A DNA stretch of 63,885 nt, filler included, from Squatina squatina (lineage: Eukaryota), in assembly GCA_031763465.1 (NCBI GenBank). It is 4 parts of 3 records of this genome, joined end to end, with 100 filler letters (N's around TTAATTAATTAA, not from the genome) between each part and the next. Parts side by side here need not be neighbours in the genome. Positions count along the whole stretch, not along the records: positions 1 to 21,546 come from JARFOE010000176.1; 3 more parts are not named here. One strand, written 5' to 3'. Below, piece after piece: positions 1 to 12,752 of this stretch. Under the pieces are notes generated by a model that searched no databases, had not been told where the DNA came from, and was given only the letters and a program-made list of their open reading frames with translations. A program made the translations under genes and the position numbers. Position 1 is the stretch's first letter. Every line of letters starts with the position of its first letter.

Positions 1-243
1 AGTGTAGAGGGAGCTTTACTCTGTATCTAACCCGTGCTGTACCTGCCCTGGGAGTGTTTGATGGGACAGTGTAGAGGAAGCTTTACTCTGTATCTAACCC
101 GTGCTGTACCTGCCCTGGAAGTGTTTGATGGGACATTGTAGAGGAAGCTTTACTCTGTAGCTAACCCATGCTATACCTGCCCTGGGATAGAACAGTAGAG
201 ATGTTTTACTCTATATTTAACCTGTGCTGAACCTTCCTTGATG
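1..243. repeat. 67-bp tandem satellite/minisatellite (about 3.5 units, truncated by the window start)
   Basis: Unit agtgtagagggagctttactctgtatctaacccgtgctgtacctgccctgggagtgtttgatgggac restarts at 1, 68 and 135 and degenerates after about 190. Confidence 0.95.
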
Positions 244-523
244 CACATGGGTGAACGCATTGGAAAGAGTTTCATTCTCCAACACTAACATTTCTCATCT
301 TGCTACACTAAAACAAATCACCAAAAAGTAATTTAAAAAAGAAAGCTAAATGAGCAGAGAAAAGATTGATTATTTAATCACATTGAATATCATCATTAGT
401 GACTTTGTCAGCTCATTTGAGTAAAGTACTGAATTATGTCTGAAGAATGTTCTCATCAAATGTGATGACATGAACTATTAATTATTCTAATCTCCCTATA
501 TGTTGTTTGTTTTGATATTGCAG

Positions 524-723
524 ATTTTAACACAAGAGTGATCGGCAATAAAACGGCTGCTGAAAATGCTTTGAAAAAAATACCTGATATCATCAGGACC
601 ATTGATGGTGCCAATGCAAAGACTAATCAGGCTGAGAATCAATTGGGAAATGCAGTAACGACTGCCAATGATGCCAAGAGGAAAGCTAGGGAGGCAGATG
701 CTATTGCCGATGATGTTCTGAGG
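524..723 (+). CDS. Laminin gamma chain internal exon, C-terminal coiled coil (LAMC2 by position next to NMNAT2; peptide also LAMC1-like)
   Basis: ttgcag acceptor ends at 523; gt donor at 724. (D)FNTRVIGNKTAAENALKKIPDIIRTIDGANAKTNQAENQLGNAVTTANDAKRKAREADAIADDVLR resembles LAMC1 DFDRRVNDNKTAAEEALRKIPAINQTITEANEKT. Paralog not resolved. Confidence 0.85.
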
Positions 724-1474
724 GTACTATTATATTCAGTTCATTTTCAACTCTGTTAAATACTGAGAAGTCAACTGTTAGAAACTTAATTAATTTGCTT
801 TGCAATTCTTTTCCTGATAAATCCTTGTATTTTCTCATTTCCTGCCTTGGTGTCCTCATGTCATGCACCATTTCTATCCAAGAATACACTTGTTACTTTG
901 CCAAACATTAGTGAGTGCAATGAAAGTGGCCCAAGGCGACTGACCCTACTGTTTTTGCTCCTTTCACTGGGCACCATTTACACCACATGCAACCCTTGAC
1001 TGATTGGAGATAGGTTCACCCAAATGGAGAATATGCTTGTGTGGATGAGGAGAGCATCAAGAGCAGTTGTAATGTTACTCAGTCGATTAGACTGCCAACA
1101 TTCATCATCTAGGCTTGTGCAATCGTATTTCAGCATAAATCACCTCCTTCAGTAGAGAGGAGAAAATTGTAGGAAATTTAAAAAAAATATATATATAAGA
1201 AAATAAAGCTCTTTGATATATCTCCCTTACACCAGAAAGTATTCTGNNNNNNNNNNNNNNNNNNNNNNNNNNNNNNNNNNNNNNNNNNNNNNNNNNNNNN
1301 NNNNNNNNNNNNNNNNNNNNNNNNNNNNNNNNNNNNNNNNNNNNNNGAGACATATTGATTGAGAAAGTTCTCCTTTACACAGGTTTTATTTTCAGATCAT
1401 TTTCCTTTTTTCATGACCCTTAAAGTGAGGGATGTTATTGCTCGGGAACAGAATTCTTTGCATTTCAAGTGTCT

Positions 1475-1790
1475 AGTGTCAGCATCAAGTACTCCCAGGT
1501 TATAGGAGACAGCCAGATGGAGAGTAAAGCTTCGTCAAATCTACCTCAAACTCAAAGGGTGCACTGTGACATTTTTTCACATTTTCTAACCCNNNNNNNN
1601 NNTCTAACCCAGTCAACCTGCTGTCTCTTTGTGTGAGATTGCTAAGTAATATCTTAGGAACTGGAACTCTTTTCATATCGGATCCCTATAGCCCGAGGAC
1701 ACTTTCATTCCTTGAGTTAAGGCTACATTTGAACTTATGTCCTGGAAGTAAAAGGCCAATATATAACCCACTGTATCAGCCAGTTCCCAA
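1475..1790 (-). mobile_element. Degenerate tRNA-derived SINE-like element whose 3' part resembles the 67-bp satellite unit
   Basis: Minus-strand head gggaactggctgatacagtgg...gttcaaat (A/B-box-like); body has aagctttactctccatct...cctgggagtacttgatgctgacac. Confidence 0.45.
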
Positions 1791-4700
1791 CTCTTCAAAG
1801 TTTTGAGATGAATGCTTAGTGCTTTTATGCTATTGGATTTTACCATTATTTGTTTCGCTGTTTAAATAATTACATGAAAAAAAAGTTTGTTTGAATCTGC
1901 AATGGAGAATAGCACAGAAAGTCCAAAAGAGAAGATTTTTAAGAAATAATTTGAAAGTTTATGATACACAAAACAGAATATTTGATTTCTGACTATTAAA
2001 TTCATCACATCATTTTAAATATCGATAGTTTTAAACCTGCTAAAGCCAGTGAGAAATTTCATTTGAACATTAAAGATAATACACTGAAATAGGAAATGTT
2101 CTAAAATTAACTATATTTTCAGTTACGTGAAGTTACAGATAAGGGGTCACTTAGTGGTTAGTGCATATCCTCTCACAAAAACGTCTAGATGACAATCTGC
2201 AGATGACCTGATCTGTGACCAGATTGAAGCAATGGCTTGCTGTGGACCAAGATCCCAAGGAGATCGAGGTTATAGTGGGTGATTGGGTGGGGCTCTACAT
2301 CAGAAAGGAAAACACAACACAAAGCAATAACTAGCTGTTTTAATTCAATTAAAGTTCACAATTCCAGTGCACTGCACTCTCAGTCATGCACTATAAATGC
2401 CACCTCAACCTTTTTTTTGTGGCTTGTTTTGGGCGAAGATACTTACTCCTCCCCCCAACAATCGTAATTATATATTCTTCATAAAAGTTGCCAGGTCACT
2501 TGACTATCTACTAAAGATGGAAACAGGATCAAGAGAAATAAATATCATTCCAAAACAGTCTGTGGGATCCATGCATTTTGTGTGTTCATAACATGATGGA
2601 TGCAATAGTGAAATTCCTGCAGCAAAGTGTTAAACGAAATGTGATAAATTGGGAGCTGAGACCCAATAATCTTGTAACATAGCGCTATACTAGAGAGCCT
2701 TATTATGAGGATGGAGTATATCACAAGAAAGTTATGGATAAGGAAGGTGATTCAGCCTATCTTAGTTCAAAAAGGAATCTGAGATGCTGTCTCACTCAGT
2801 GAGCTCTTTTTGACGATAAAGCATCCTTTTAAAATNNNNNNNNNNNNNNNNNNNNNNNNNNNNNNNNNNNNNNNNNNNNNNNNNNNNNNNNNNNNNNNNN
2901 NNNNNNNNNNNNNNNNNNNNNNNNNNNNNNNNNNNNNNNNNNNNNNNNNNNNNNNNNNNNNNNNNNNNNNNNNNNNNNNNNNNNNNNNNNNNNNNNNNNN
3001 NNNNNNNNNNNNNNNNNNNNNNNNNNNNNNNNNNNNNNNNNNNNNNNNNNNNNNNNNNNNNNNNNNNNNNNNNNNNNNNNNNNNNNNNNNNNNNNNNNNN
3101 NNNNNNNNNNNNNNNNNNNNNNNNNNNNNNNNNNNNNNNNNNNNNNNNNNNNNNNNNNNNNNNNNNNNNNNNNNNNNNNNNNNNNNNNNNNNNNNNNNNN
3201 NNNNNNNNNNNNNNNNNNNNNNNNNNNNNNNNNNNNNNNNNNNNNNNNNNNNNNNNNNNNNNNNNNNNNNNNNNNNNNNNNNNNNNNNNNNNNNNNNNNN
3301 NNNNNNNNNNNNNNNNNNNNNNNNNNNNNNNNNNNNNNNNNNNNNNNNNNNNNNNNNNNNNNNNNNNNNNNNNNNNNNNNNNNNNNNNNNNNNNNNNNNN
3401 NNNNNNNNNNNNNNNNNNNNNNNNNNNNNNNNNNNNNNNNNNNNNNNNNNNNNNNNNNNNNNNNNNNNNNNNNNNNNNNNNNNNNNNNNNNNNNNNNNNN
3501 NNNNNNNNNNNNNNNNNNNNNNNNNNNNNNNNNNNNNTATCTGACGACATTATTTGTTGTGTCATCTCCTCCGTTAAACAAACTCTATTGTGCATTATTT
3601 ACTAATGAGGCACATCTTCCAGCCCACAGCAATGCTGTTTAATACTGCTAATCGTTTAGATCAGTTTATTAAAAAGAATTCTAATTTCTTGATTAGAATC
3701 TCAGGCTTATACAAAAAAATCAATTATAAAACTGGAGTCTGCTTTCTAAAATGGTACAAGTTAGAAACAGAAACACGTTTCAGTGCGTAGGAAAGAACTG
3801 CTAGAGATGAGGTTATGTACTTATTTTTTGGATGGGCTTTACGAGCAAAGACTGTTACATCCCAAGTAAAACAATGTTTTGAAAATTTGTGTGTTTTATG
3901 TAGAAGTGCCATTTCATTGTGACTTCTGGAAATGCAGAATTTCAAGGCAAGAAATTAGAATTTGTTTCTTAAAGGAAATATGATGATATGCATCTCAGCC
4001 AATTGGATGTCAGCAAATAGACCACTTTGTTATATAAGTTATTTTCGTAAAAATGGCAACTAGCTGGAGAACCCTGGAAGCATGCATTTAGATAATTTAC
4101 AGCTCTTAACTTGACCACACATCTCACTTCTAATCTTTACTATTCTTGAATGACAATAAAATGAAAACACCAGGAAGGTGATATAGAACCCTTTCATGAT
4201 ATCCGCCTAGTATCTGTGCAGAGAGACAAGCGTGCAACATTAAAGGTTAAACTACTAGGGGTGTTGGACACTAGACAACAATGATCAGAGATCAGTCACA
4301 TACTGTACATTAAAGGATATGTCTGACAGCTCTGTGCAATCATTAACAGAAACAGCAGGTATTTTTGACAGGAATCTGCACCAATTGCCAATACAGAAAG
4401 TTTAGGATAGCGGGGGGGGGGGGGGGGGGGGGCCCGGGCGGAGTGAAAANNNNNNNNNNNNNNNNNNNNNNNNNNNNNNNNNNNNNNNNNNNNNNNNNNN
4501 NNNNNNNNNNNNNNNNNNNNNNNNNNNNNNNNNNNNNNNNNNNNNNNNNNNNNNNNNNNNNNNNNNNNNNNNNNNNNNNNNNNNNNNNNNNNNNNNNNNN
4601 NNNNNNNNNNNNNNNNNNNNNNNNNNNNNNNNNNNNNNNNNNNNNNNNNNNNNNNNNNNNNNNNNNNNNNNNNNNNNNNNNNNNNNNNNNNNNNNNNNNN

Positions 4701-6408
4701 NNNNNNNNNNNNNNNNNNNNNNNNNNNNNNNNNNNNNNNNNNNNNNNNNNNNNNNNNNNNNNNNNNNNNNNNNNNNNNNNNNNNNNNNNNNNNNNNNNNN
4801 NNNNNNNNNNNNNNNNNNNNNNNNNNNNNNNNNNNNNNNNNNNNNNNNNNNNNNNNNNNNNNNNNNNNNNNNNNNNNNNNNNNNNNNNNNNNNNNNNNNN
4901 NNNNNNNNNNNNNNNNNNNNNNNNNNNNNNNNNNNNNNNNNNNNNNNNNNNNNNNNNNNNNNNNNNNNNNNNNNNNNNNNNNNNNNNNNNNNNNNNNNNN
5001 NNNNNNNNNNNNNNNNNNNNNNNNNNNNNNNNNNNNNNNNNNNNNNNNNNNNNNNNNNNNNNNNNNNNNNNNNNNNNNNNNNNNNNNNNNNNNNNNNNNN
5101 NNNNNNNNNNNNNNNNNNNNNNNNNNNNNNNNNNNNNNNNNNNNNNNNNNNNNNNNNNNNNNNNNNNNNNNNNNNNNNNNNNNNNNNNNNNNNNNNNNNN
5201 NNNNNNNNNNNNNNNNNNNNNNNNNNNNNNNNNNNNNNCGGATGACAGCCTTAGGAACCACCATGATTGTCAGTGATAATGTGTAACCACAACGATTGCT
5301 TCTAACAATGTTAATCACTCAAAAAATGATATCCCACGTAAGGAGCAACATGGAATGAAAAGTTAGATTTAATCCATGATTTACTATGTGCTTTAATGCT
5401 GTCATTACTCAGGACATAATTCACTTGCAACAAAATGTGCCAGTTTGCAAATAAATGAGGTCTTTTATGTAAATAAGAGTTGTTGTCATGGAAACAAGGT
5501 GCATTGATATGCAAATAAGTGGCCTGTTATGTTAGTATCAACATTCAAGGCAATGACACATCGGCAGCATGGAGAAAAGCCACAGATGGTTGTGAGACCA
5601 GAAGGAGTAGCAGTGAAAGGGTTAGAACTGACCTTGAACTTCACACTTCACTCATTCTATATGAAACTGCTGATGAAGCCTGGACAAAAAAATATTGCAT
5701 TATTTTTAAATAGCAAAAATGGTTCTACTTAATTTTCCTCATATTTCAAAAAGCTACCATGATGTAATTTGTGGAAAGGAAACTAGGTGTGATGTTCACT
5801 CTCCAAACAGAAAATAACTGGTGCAAATTTATTTTTCCTCAGCTATATCAAAATATTGATGAATATTTTAGAAGCTATGAATTTTGTGTGACGTCAAGAA
5901 TACCTGCAATATCGTCAAGCTCTTATTTTGTCCCTGTTGGGAAACAATTGATTTTTTGAGCATATCACATTTATTAAACACAGAGGCATTGAAGCAGTTC
6001 TTTGAACTAGGCATGCTACTAACTGCAAGTCCTGAATCGCTAACCCAGAGAGGGCAGGCGACCTGGTTGTGTCAAAGTTGCAAGCAGCACAGAGAGATTA
6101 GGAATTTCCTACGAAGAAACGTACATAATTCTACTTCTAATGAAAAAAATGGAAATAGTTATACTGACAGTTATATGAAGGTCAGCACAAGTGTCAGAAA
6201 GAGGGCAGCACAGAGGAAGAGACACGAGTGGACAGCGAGAAGTTCTGTGCAGTTCATACAGTGCATTCTGTCAGTAGAGCTTCTACTCTTATTGTACAGT
6301 GGGAATGGCAGACACTAGAAGCTCTGTATATGTAAGCAGTAGAGCAGTGGTACAGTTTTACTGAGAGGGAGACTGTAAGCTGTTCTTTCTGGTCTTTGCT
6401 GGAGAACT

Positions 6409-6511
6409 TTATCCAGATGTCTTGATGTAGAGCTGATTCTGCAGTATGTAATCAATAACGGGCTGGTTCAAATATTCCACCACGTGGCCATCACCATGTT
6501 GCAAAGCCAGT
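6409..6511 (-). CDS. NMNAT2: NMNAT2 last coding exon
   Basis: Minus strand ttttgacag acceptor, then (R)[33 protein letters not shown], versus human [34 protein letters not shown]. Missed by the ORF track. Confidence 0.96.
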
Positions 6512-6983
6512 CTGTCAAAATGCAAATAAAAACTTCCAAGTCCTGAATTTTAATCATTTGTAAGAGTTTTACTTAACAGTGAAATAAAGTTCAGTTTTTA
6601 AAAAAAATCTTACTGACCTGTAGCTGGCCGTTAAACTTCCAGCCCACGAGGTCAAAGATCAAAGGCCCGGCCCCAACGCGTAAACGTGAGGCTCTTAAAC
6701 GCCAGGACAGAACATGAACACTGACACTGTGTCTTGTGCTTGTCTCCAAACAGCTGATGGAGGCTGGCCGAGGCTGCAGAGCTTTACCCAAGGCCTCGGA
6801 GTCCTGAGTAAAGGCTACTTACACTGGGGGTGGCTGAAGCTAAACCTCCTAAAGAGCACTGAATGCGGGAGTCGAAAGGGCAGNNNNNNNNNNNNNNNNN
6901 NNNNNNNNNNNNNNNNNNNNNNNNNNNNNNNNNNNNNNNNNNNNNNNNNNNNNNNNNNNNNNNNNNNNNNNNNNNNNNNNNNN

Positions 6984-7105
6984 CCTCAGTACTGCACTGA
7001 AGCATCAGCCAGATGAAGTGCTCAATTCCATAGTGTGACATGAACCCACAACCTTCTGGCTCAGAGATAACAGTGCAATCAACTTGCCCACTGAGCCTGG
7101 AAATG
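6984..7105 (-). mobile_element. tRNA-derived SINE head fragment (same family as 55607-56021)
   Basis: cctcagtactgcactga...aacccacaaccttctggctcagag...ccactgagcc matches the head of the longer copy. Confidence 0.7.
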
Positions 7106-10100
7106 ACTGGCAATAATATTAGTGGATGAACTCCTAACTGCTAACATTGGCACCACATATTTCAAGGGCTCCAAAATATTTCATTTCCAACAGGTTTACA
7201 GAATTTGACTGTAAACTGTACATCTGTACCAGTCTCCTCCATTTTTATGGAGACCACTTTAAATACATTCTTTCTTTGGGTCTTAATTTACCTTCAGTAA
7301 AGAATAATGCTTCTTACAGGAATAATTTTAGTGCCTGGTATTAGGAAATGCTAGGTGTAGTCAACTTGCGAAGGGTTTCTGTTCCAACTAGCATTTTGAG
7401 AGTAGTCATTTGGGGAAGCTTGCACCACCTTAAATATATTGGAAATTATTTTCTCGATCACAAAGGAAAAATATTCTTACTCACAAAGGTGGAGCACTGA
7501 GGAAGGAGTTTTCTTCTTTGCTTGTTGCGAAGACACTGATCTATGCTCAATATGGTTCAACAGGCTCTGCTGTTCAGCACTTTGCTCCAGTACCAATTTT
7601 TCATATACAAGCCGACATTGGCAGGCCTTTCAGCAGTGCTAGGCCCAAACCCAAAGGATAACTGTAGCATCCACACTGGCCTTTCCTTCTCTCACCCTTG
7701 GATCAAACACACAGCAAACCTGGGAAATTTCTGGTATGCATGACACAAAACAGTGTGGGCCACAAATTCCTCTTGGGGCAGTAGCACAAAGTGTGCGATA
7801 GCGAATTGGCAGCCCATTTTACACTCAATGGAAAATAAAATCGGGTGTAGTGGAAACGGGCTGCTGAGTCAGTATTGCCTGTTTTGGACTACCGCTCGAG
7901 ACAAATTTATGCCGCTGTATTTCTTAACTGAAACATCGGGGCANNNNNNNNNNNNNNNNNNNNNNNNNNNNNNNNNNNNNNNNNNNNNNNNNNNNNNNNN
8001 NNNNNNNNNNNNNNNNNNNNNNNNNNNNNNNNNNNNNNNNNNNGGGGACATGAGGTGTGCTTACAGGAGTGGCTGACGACACTGCGCCAGAGAATATATC
8101 TAGAGAAAAATACCTAAAGATGTGATACTAAGCAAGTATCTTTGAAGAAGCAGGTAGCTAAACAAGTTTTAAACAATTATATCTTCCAGGTAGACAGAGT
8201 ATGAATAACCATTTCCTCCCCTTTCATCTGCTCGCTAAACAGATGACTCGTTCTGGCCTGCTTTCACATAGATAACCTCGTATATATTGCCTAAGGGATT
8301 AATCAAACCAATTTAGTCCTGACAGGAATCTGTCAGCAAGTGATTAAAATGAATAGAGGCAGGCCATCTTTGAAGTGCTTACAATCCAGACTGGGTCTGT
8401 GTATTTGTCTCATGTCTCCCCAGCTGCAAAGACAACAGAACACCCTTGCAGAAAGTAGTTAACAGAAATCAGTTTGAATCGGTCATGAATATGTCATACC
8501 CCCAGACTGCGGTGCACATTTACTTTTGCCTCTAGGCATTCAAAGTAAAAGGTTTGGAGAGAAGAAGAAACAATAGCTATGGCTTCCATTTTCAAGAGCC
8601 CTGGCCTCAGTACAGCTTAAATGAATGTCTATAATGTAGAAATTTCCTGATGAGAAACAGGATGGATCTCCATTTCCATCACATTTGTTCCTTTCCTCTA
8701 CCCTAGACCCTTCTGCTCCGACATCAGGTGGAAGGCTCACAATCAAAAGTTTAAAGCCCTAATTCTGAGTAACAGCATGTACTGTTGTACGAGTGGTGAC
8801 ACCAGTGTTCTGAATCCAATCTGCAAAGTAACAGGGTGAATTGGGCCCACCTGCTGCCCACCATACTGTACAACCAGTTCCAGATGAAGTGCGCTGAGAA
8901 TCAATTAACTCCACTACCATATTTTCACAGCTATTTCCACTTTCTGAATTTGCTGTGCATTTCTAATACTTACTCCCCTTTTCTTTCTTTTTGAAATGTT
9001 CTACCTTTATTAATTTTATCAGCCGTTAAATTATACGTTAAATGATAAATATATTCATTTTCCCCAGCATTTCCTTCTCTCCTTTTCCTATCAATGTTCC
9101 TGCATCTTTTTCAGTCATGGTGGCAGTTATCCAGACCGCAGACTCCTTTGTGAATCCCAACACAGGTAGCTATCAGCAGCTTTTACTTCTAATTAATCAT
9201 AGCTAGCTGAATCTTGCAGTCTCCTTACCTTCATTAGGTCCCGGTGGTGCTCCAGCACACTGCAGGNNNNNNNNNNNNNNNNNNNNNNNNNNNNNNNNNN
9301 NNNNNNNNNNNNNNNNNNNNNNNNNNNNNNNNNNNNNNNNNNNNNNNNNNNNNNNNNNNNNNNNNNTTGCACTTCTCATTCCTGTAAATAGATAATTTAC
9401 ATGCATCAACTGGTGATATCTTGGGAGTCCAAAAAAAGGGTCTGGTGAGAAATATGGAAAGGTCACACTGGCACAGTGAGGAGTGCTCTTCAGAGCTCAA
9501 GACTGAGCTACAATTTGGGCAGTGGGATGGCCTAATTCATGGTGACATAGTCACAAGGGACACAAACGGAATCTAAATTGCATCTCACAGCTCCCCGTTA
9601 GATATTCTGTTACTATTACATAATAAGTACAGTAATAGAAACGAATTAAAATCAGCTGAATGTTAGATGTAGGTATTATTGCTATTAAATACAAACTTTG
9701 TGTGAATATAGATTCAATTAGTTAAAAATAATTAGCTAAAATTTAAGAATCTGTAACTTAGTACCAGCATAGTTTTATCTCATCCACTGCTTTGATCAGT
9801 TAATAGCATTGCTGTCACCAGCCATCGCTAGCAAGCACAAGGACCTTATACCAGGAGGGAAGGAGGCTAGTATCTTGATGGTTCTTCTTGGCTGTGCTTT
9901 GCAGAAGTTCGGTAAGAAATGAATTAAGTGAAACAGATATTGGTTTTCAGCTAGGCTGGAAGGTGGTTTCTAGTTACTTTTCCAGCTCTCTATTAAAATT
10001 CCAGTGGAGTCTAACTTCTCGGAGATTGCTATTCCCAAATAGCATTTACAGCAAGTGATTTGACAAGGATGGGAGTATGGGTGCTGCAAATCATAGCAGT

Positions 10101-10314
10101 GAAAATCAATTTCTATGAAGTTTTTAATCTGCTTGTGTTTCAATGGAAAATAATTATATTAGGATTTTTTTTTCTAAACTCCATATTGTGTTATAAAAGG
10201 AGACATTGTAGACAAGAGTGGGCACAGTACAGAACAGAGTTAGGGTAGTGAGTGTTCAAACCTCAACACAGGGTTCAGACAGGACACAGGGAGTGATCAA
10301 ACCTCAACATAAGT

Positions 10315-11093
10315 GGGGTGAAATCGCCCCTTTTTCAGAGGACCATTAGTGCCTCCGAGGGGTGGTAACGAGGCGTAGGACACTTTTTGCCCAGGTGGGG
10401 TGGAGGGGATGCTACCGGCTCCCGGGAAATTGCTTGTGAGTTTGCGGAAGCCCTGTCATTGCAGCGCTGCACCCGGTGGGTAGCGTGTGGGGCCGCCGTG
10501 CAACCGCTGATGACATCATCGCTGTGCGCGGCAACCCCTTATCAGCCCGCAAGGTAAATTGCCCCGCGGCCGACGAGGCTGGCGCGAGTGGGTGCCAATG
10601 CGAGCTTCGTGGGTTGCGAAGCTAGCCGACATCCACTCGTGGGGTGGAAGTTGAAATGGAGGTCGCCAGCGCCTCGTGCCGCCATCTTCCTCGTTTTGCT
10701 GACTCTCAGGTTGGCTCTACTGGTTCCCCCCCGAGCATGGTCTGAGCCGCCATCGTGCATCACTGCACTCCAATTTGGGCCCGGCACCACGCTGCCCTAG
10801 TGGTGTAGTGGAGGCTATCAGAGGCCTTGCAGAAAGCGTAGTGGCCCTCCCCTTAAACGAAGTAGAGGGGCGTTGAAGTGTGTCAGCGCTACACGGAACG
10901 CTGCACTACTCGTCCCGTTAGCACTGCTGGCCCCGCCCCTAAAGGAAGTGGAACACGCGAGATTGCACTCCACTTCCTCTGAGGGGCAGTAAGGTCAATT
11001 TCACTGCCGGAGCTGGACCTCCGCACTGGGCGCAGGAAGTAGCGCCCCAAACAGGTTACTGCCCCCAATCAGGATGCAGGACAATATCTCCCC
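10315..11093. mobile_element. GC/CpG-rich non-autonomous DNA transposon (MITE-like, possibly PIF/Harbinger)
   Basis: Sharp GC-rich block bounded by imperfect inverted ends ggggtgaaatcgcccct ... aggacaatatctcccc. No credible protein; no clear TSD. Confidence 0.55.
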
Positions 11094-11169
11094 ATGATGT
11101 TTCATAAGCAAGTCAACAGTAGCAAATTGTTACGAAAGATACCTGGAGATTGTTCATTACAACAAAAAA

Positions 11170-11410
11170 TAACTTGCATTAGTATACTGTTGTAATATCG
11201 GTAAAAATTTCAGAGAGCGATGCCCCACAAACAACGAGATAAGTGAGCAGATCATCTGTTTTATCAGTGTTGGTTAAGGGATAAATGTTGGTCAAGACCC
11301 CACAAGAACTCCACAGTTCTTCTTCACATACTGCCAGGGGATCTTTTACTGGAGCAACAGGTGTTTGAATGTCTCATCCAAACGATGGGATCTGACAGCG
11401 CCTAACATCA
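11170..11410 (-). mobile_element. Degenerate Deu-type SINE with L2-like tail
   Basis: aacttgcattagtata tail, cccacaaacaacgaga...cagatcatctgtttt core and gtctcatccaaa, all shared with 55607-56021. Confidence 0.6.
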
Positions 11411-12708
11411 GCTCATGAATCGCAGTCATGAATTGACTTTTAAAGTGACTTCAATGGGAAAAAAAAATCAGGTGGTGCGTGAAATGCACTGGCAAAACTT
11501 GCACTGGAAATCTGTTAGACGTTTTTTTACACACGGTAAAGCCTAGCGAATCTGTTTGGTTTTACCAGCGTAAGAGTTGTTAAAAAATTTTAAAATCAAA
11601 AAAATTAATGGGACACTACTTTAAAACCATTCCCAGTAAGGTAAGTATGTTTTTAAACATTTTAAAAGATTTTTTTTTAATTTCAAATTTTTTTGGTGTT
11701 ATTTATCTCCTTTTTATTGAATTTTAATGTTAAAATAGTTTTTAAAATGTTTTGTGATGTGTTTGTGTTGTTNNNNNNNNNNNNNNNNNNNNNNNNNNNN
11801 NNNNNNNNNNNNNNNNNNNNNNNNNNNNNNNNNNNNNNNNNNNNNNNNNNNNNNNNNNNNNNNNNNNNNNNNTGCAGGCCACAACCAGCGTGGTGAAAAG
11901 ACACTTAGCTGAATGCGGAGCCAGGTGGAGCAAGAATGCTCCTCCCGACCCCACATTAGCCACACGGACTACTCCCTCCCGGCCACCTCTCCCCTCCTAC
12001 AGCTGCCACTCCTCACTCTCCCAGTCGCCACTGCTACCCTCTCCCGATCGTGGCCTCTACCCTCCACAATCCTGATTAATATTACCCTCCTTACAACCAT
12101 CATTACCCTCCCTCCCTAAATCCTTTAGCAACTTACCTGAAATACGCTGCTGGCATTGCAGCTTCCCGATCTTAGAGTCCTTTTCTCTGGTAAGCTGCCT
12201 GGGGATGTCCATCGTTAATTTATATCTGGTTATAACTCCATCAGAGCACCCCAGAACTCACAGTGAGTCATTCATCAACTTTTGTGTAAACTCTTGTCTC
12301 ATTGTTAGGTGCCATTTCTATGTTAAATTATTATCACCTAATTTCTAAGCAAGGTCACCTCATGTAACAAATTTTCAGGGTTGTTAAATTATGCAGCCAC
12401 TGACACTGCACAAGTAATTAAAAAGTGCTGGCTACTTGACTGTATTTGATGTGAAAAATGTAACTGACAGGCTGATAAACAAGTTACTTCCCATCGCCAC
12501 CGTGGAGAACCCAGTGAGATTGCTGAAATAATATTGACAGGGCTGAAGCTGAGGGCAGTTTTGTGCTGTAGACTCAGGCTGAGGGCAGTCAGTTTATCAA
12601 AGAAAGATGGCCTTCACCCCATGACAATCTATAATCTGTGAATCCAGCCCGACAGTAGACCTAAATTCAAATCCATGTTACTAAGGGTTAAAGGACAGCG
12701 TGCAGACT

Positions 12709-12752
12709 CAATAAAGCCAATAAAGCCAATAAAGCCAATAACCCAATAAAGC
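12709..12752 (+). repeat. 9-bp microsatellite (caataaagc)n
   Basis: caataaagc caataaagc caataaagc caataacc caataaagc. Confidence 0.9.

Noticed and set aside
1-243. CRISPR-like array
   Set aside because: Units are contiguous 67-bp copies with no unique spacers, there are no cas genes, and the context is vertebrate.
4412-4432. Poly-G run as a G-quadruplex
   Set aside because: It sits at a contig end beside a gap, so its length is unreliable and may be a sequencing artefact.
2792-5318. Long ORFs of 244-340 aa in the ORF track
   Set aside because: They consist almost entirely of translated N gaps; the same applies to the other X-containing ORFs.
10315-11093. CpG-island promoter or GC-rich small genes (ORFs 10542-10790, 10588-10800)
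   Set aside because: Sharp edges with inverted ends fit a transposon, and the peptides resemble nothing I recognise.
12709-12752. Stacked AATAAA/CCAAT signals as a regulatory module
   Set aside because: Explained by slippage of a 9-bp unit, and antisense to the host gene NMNAT2.
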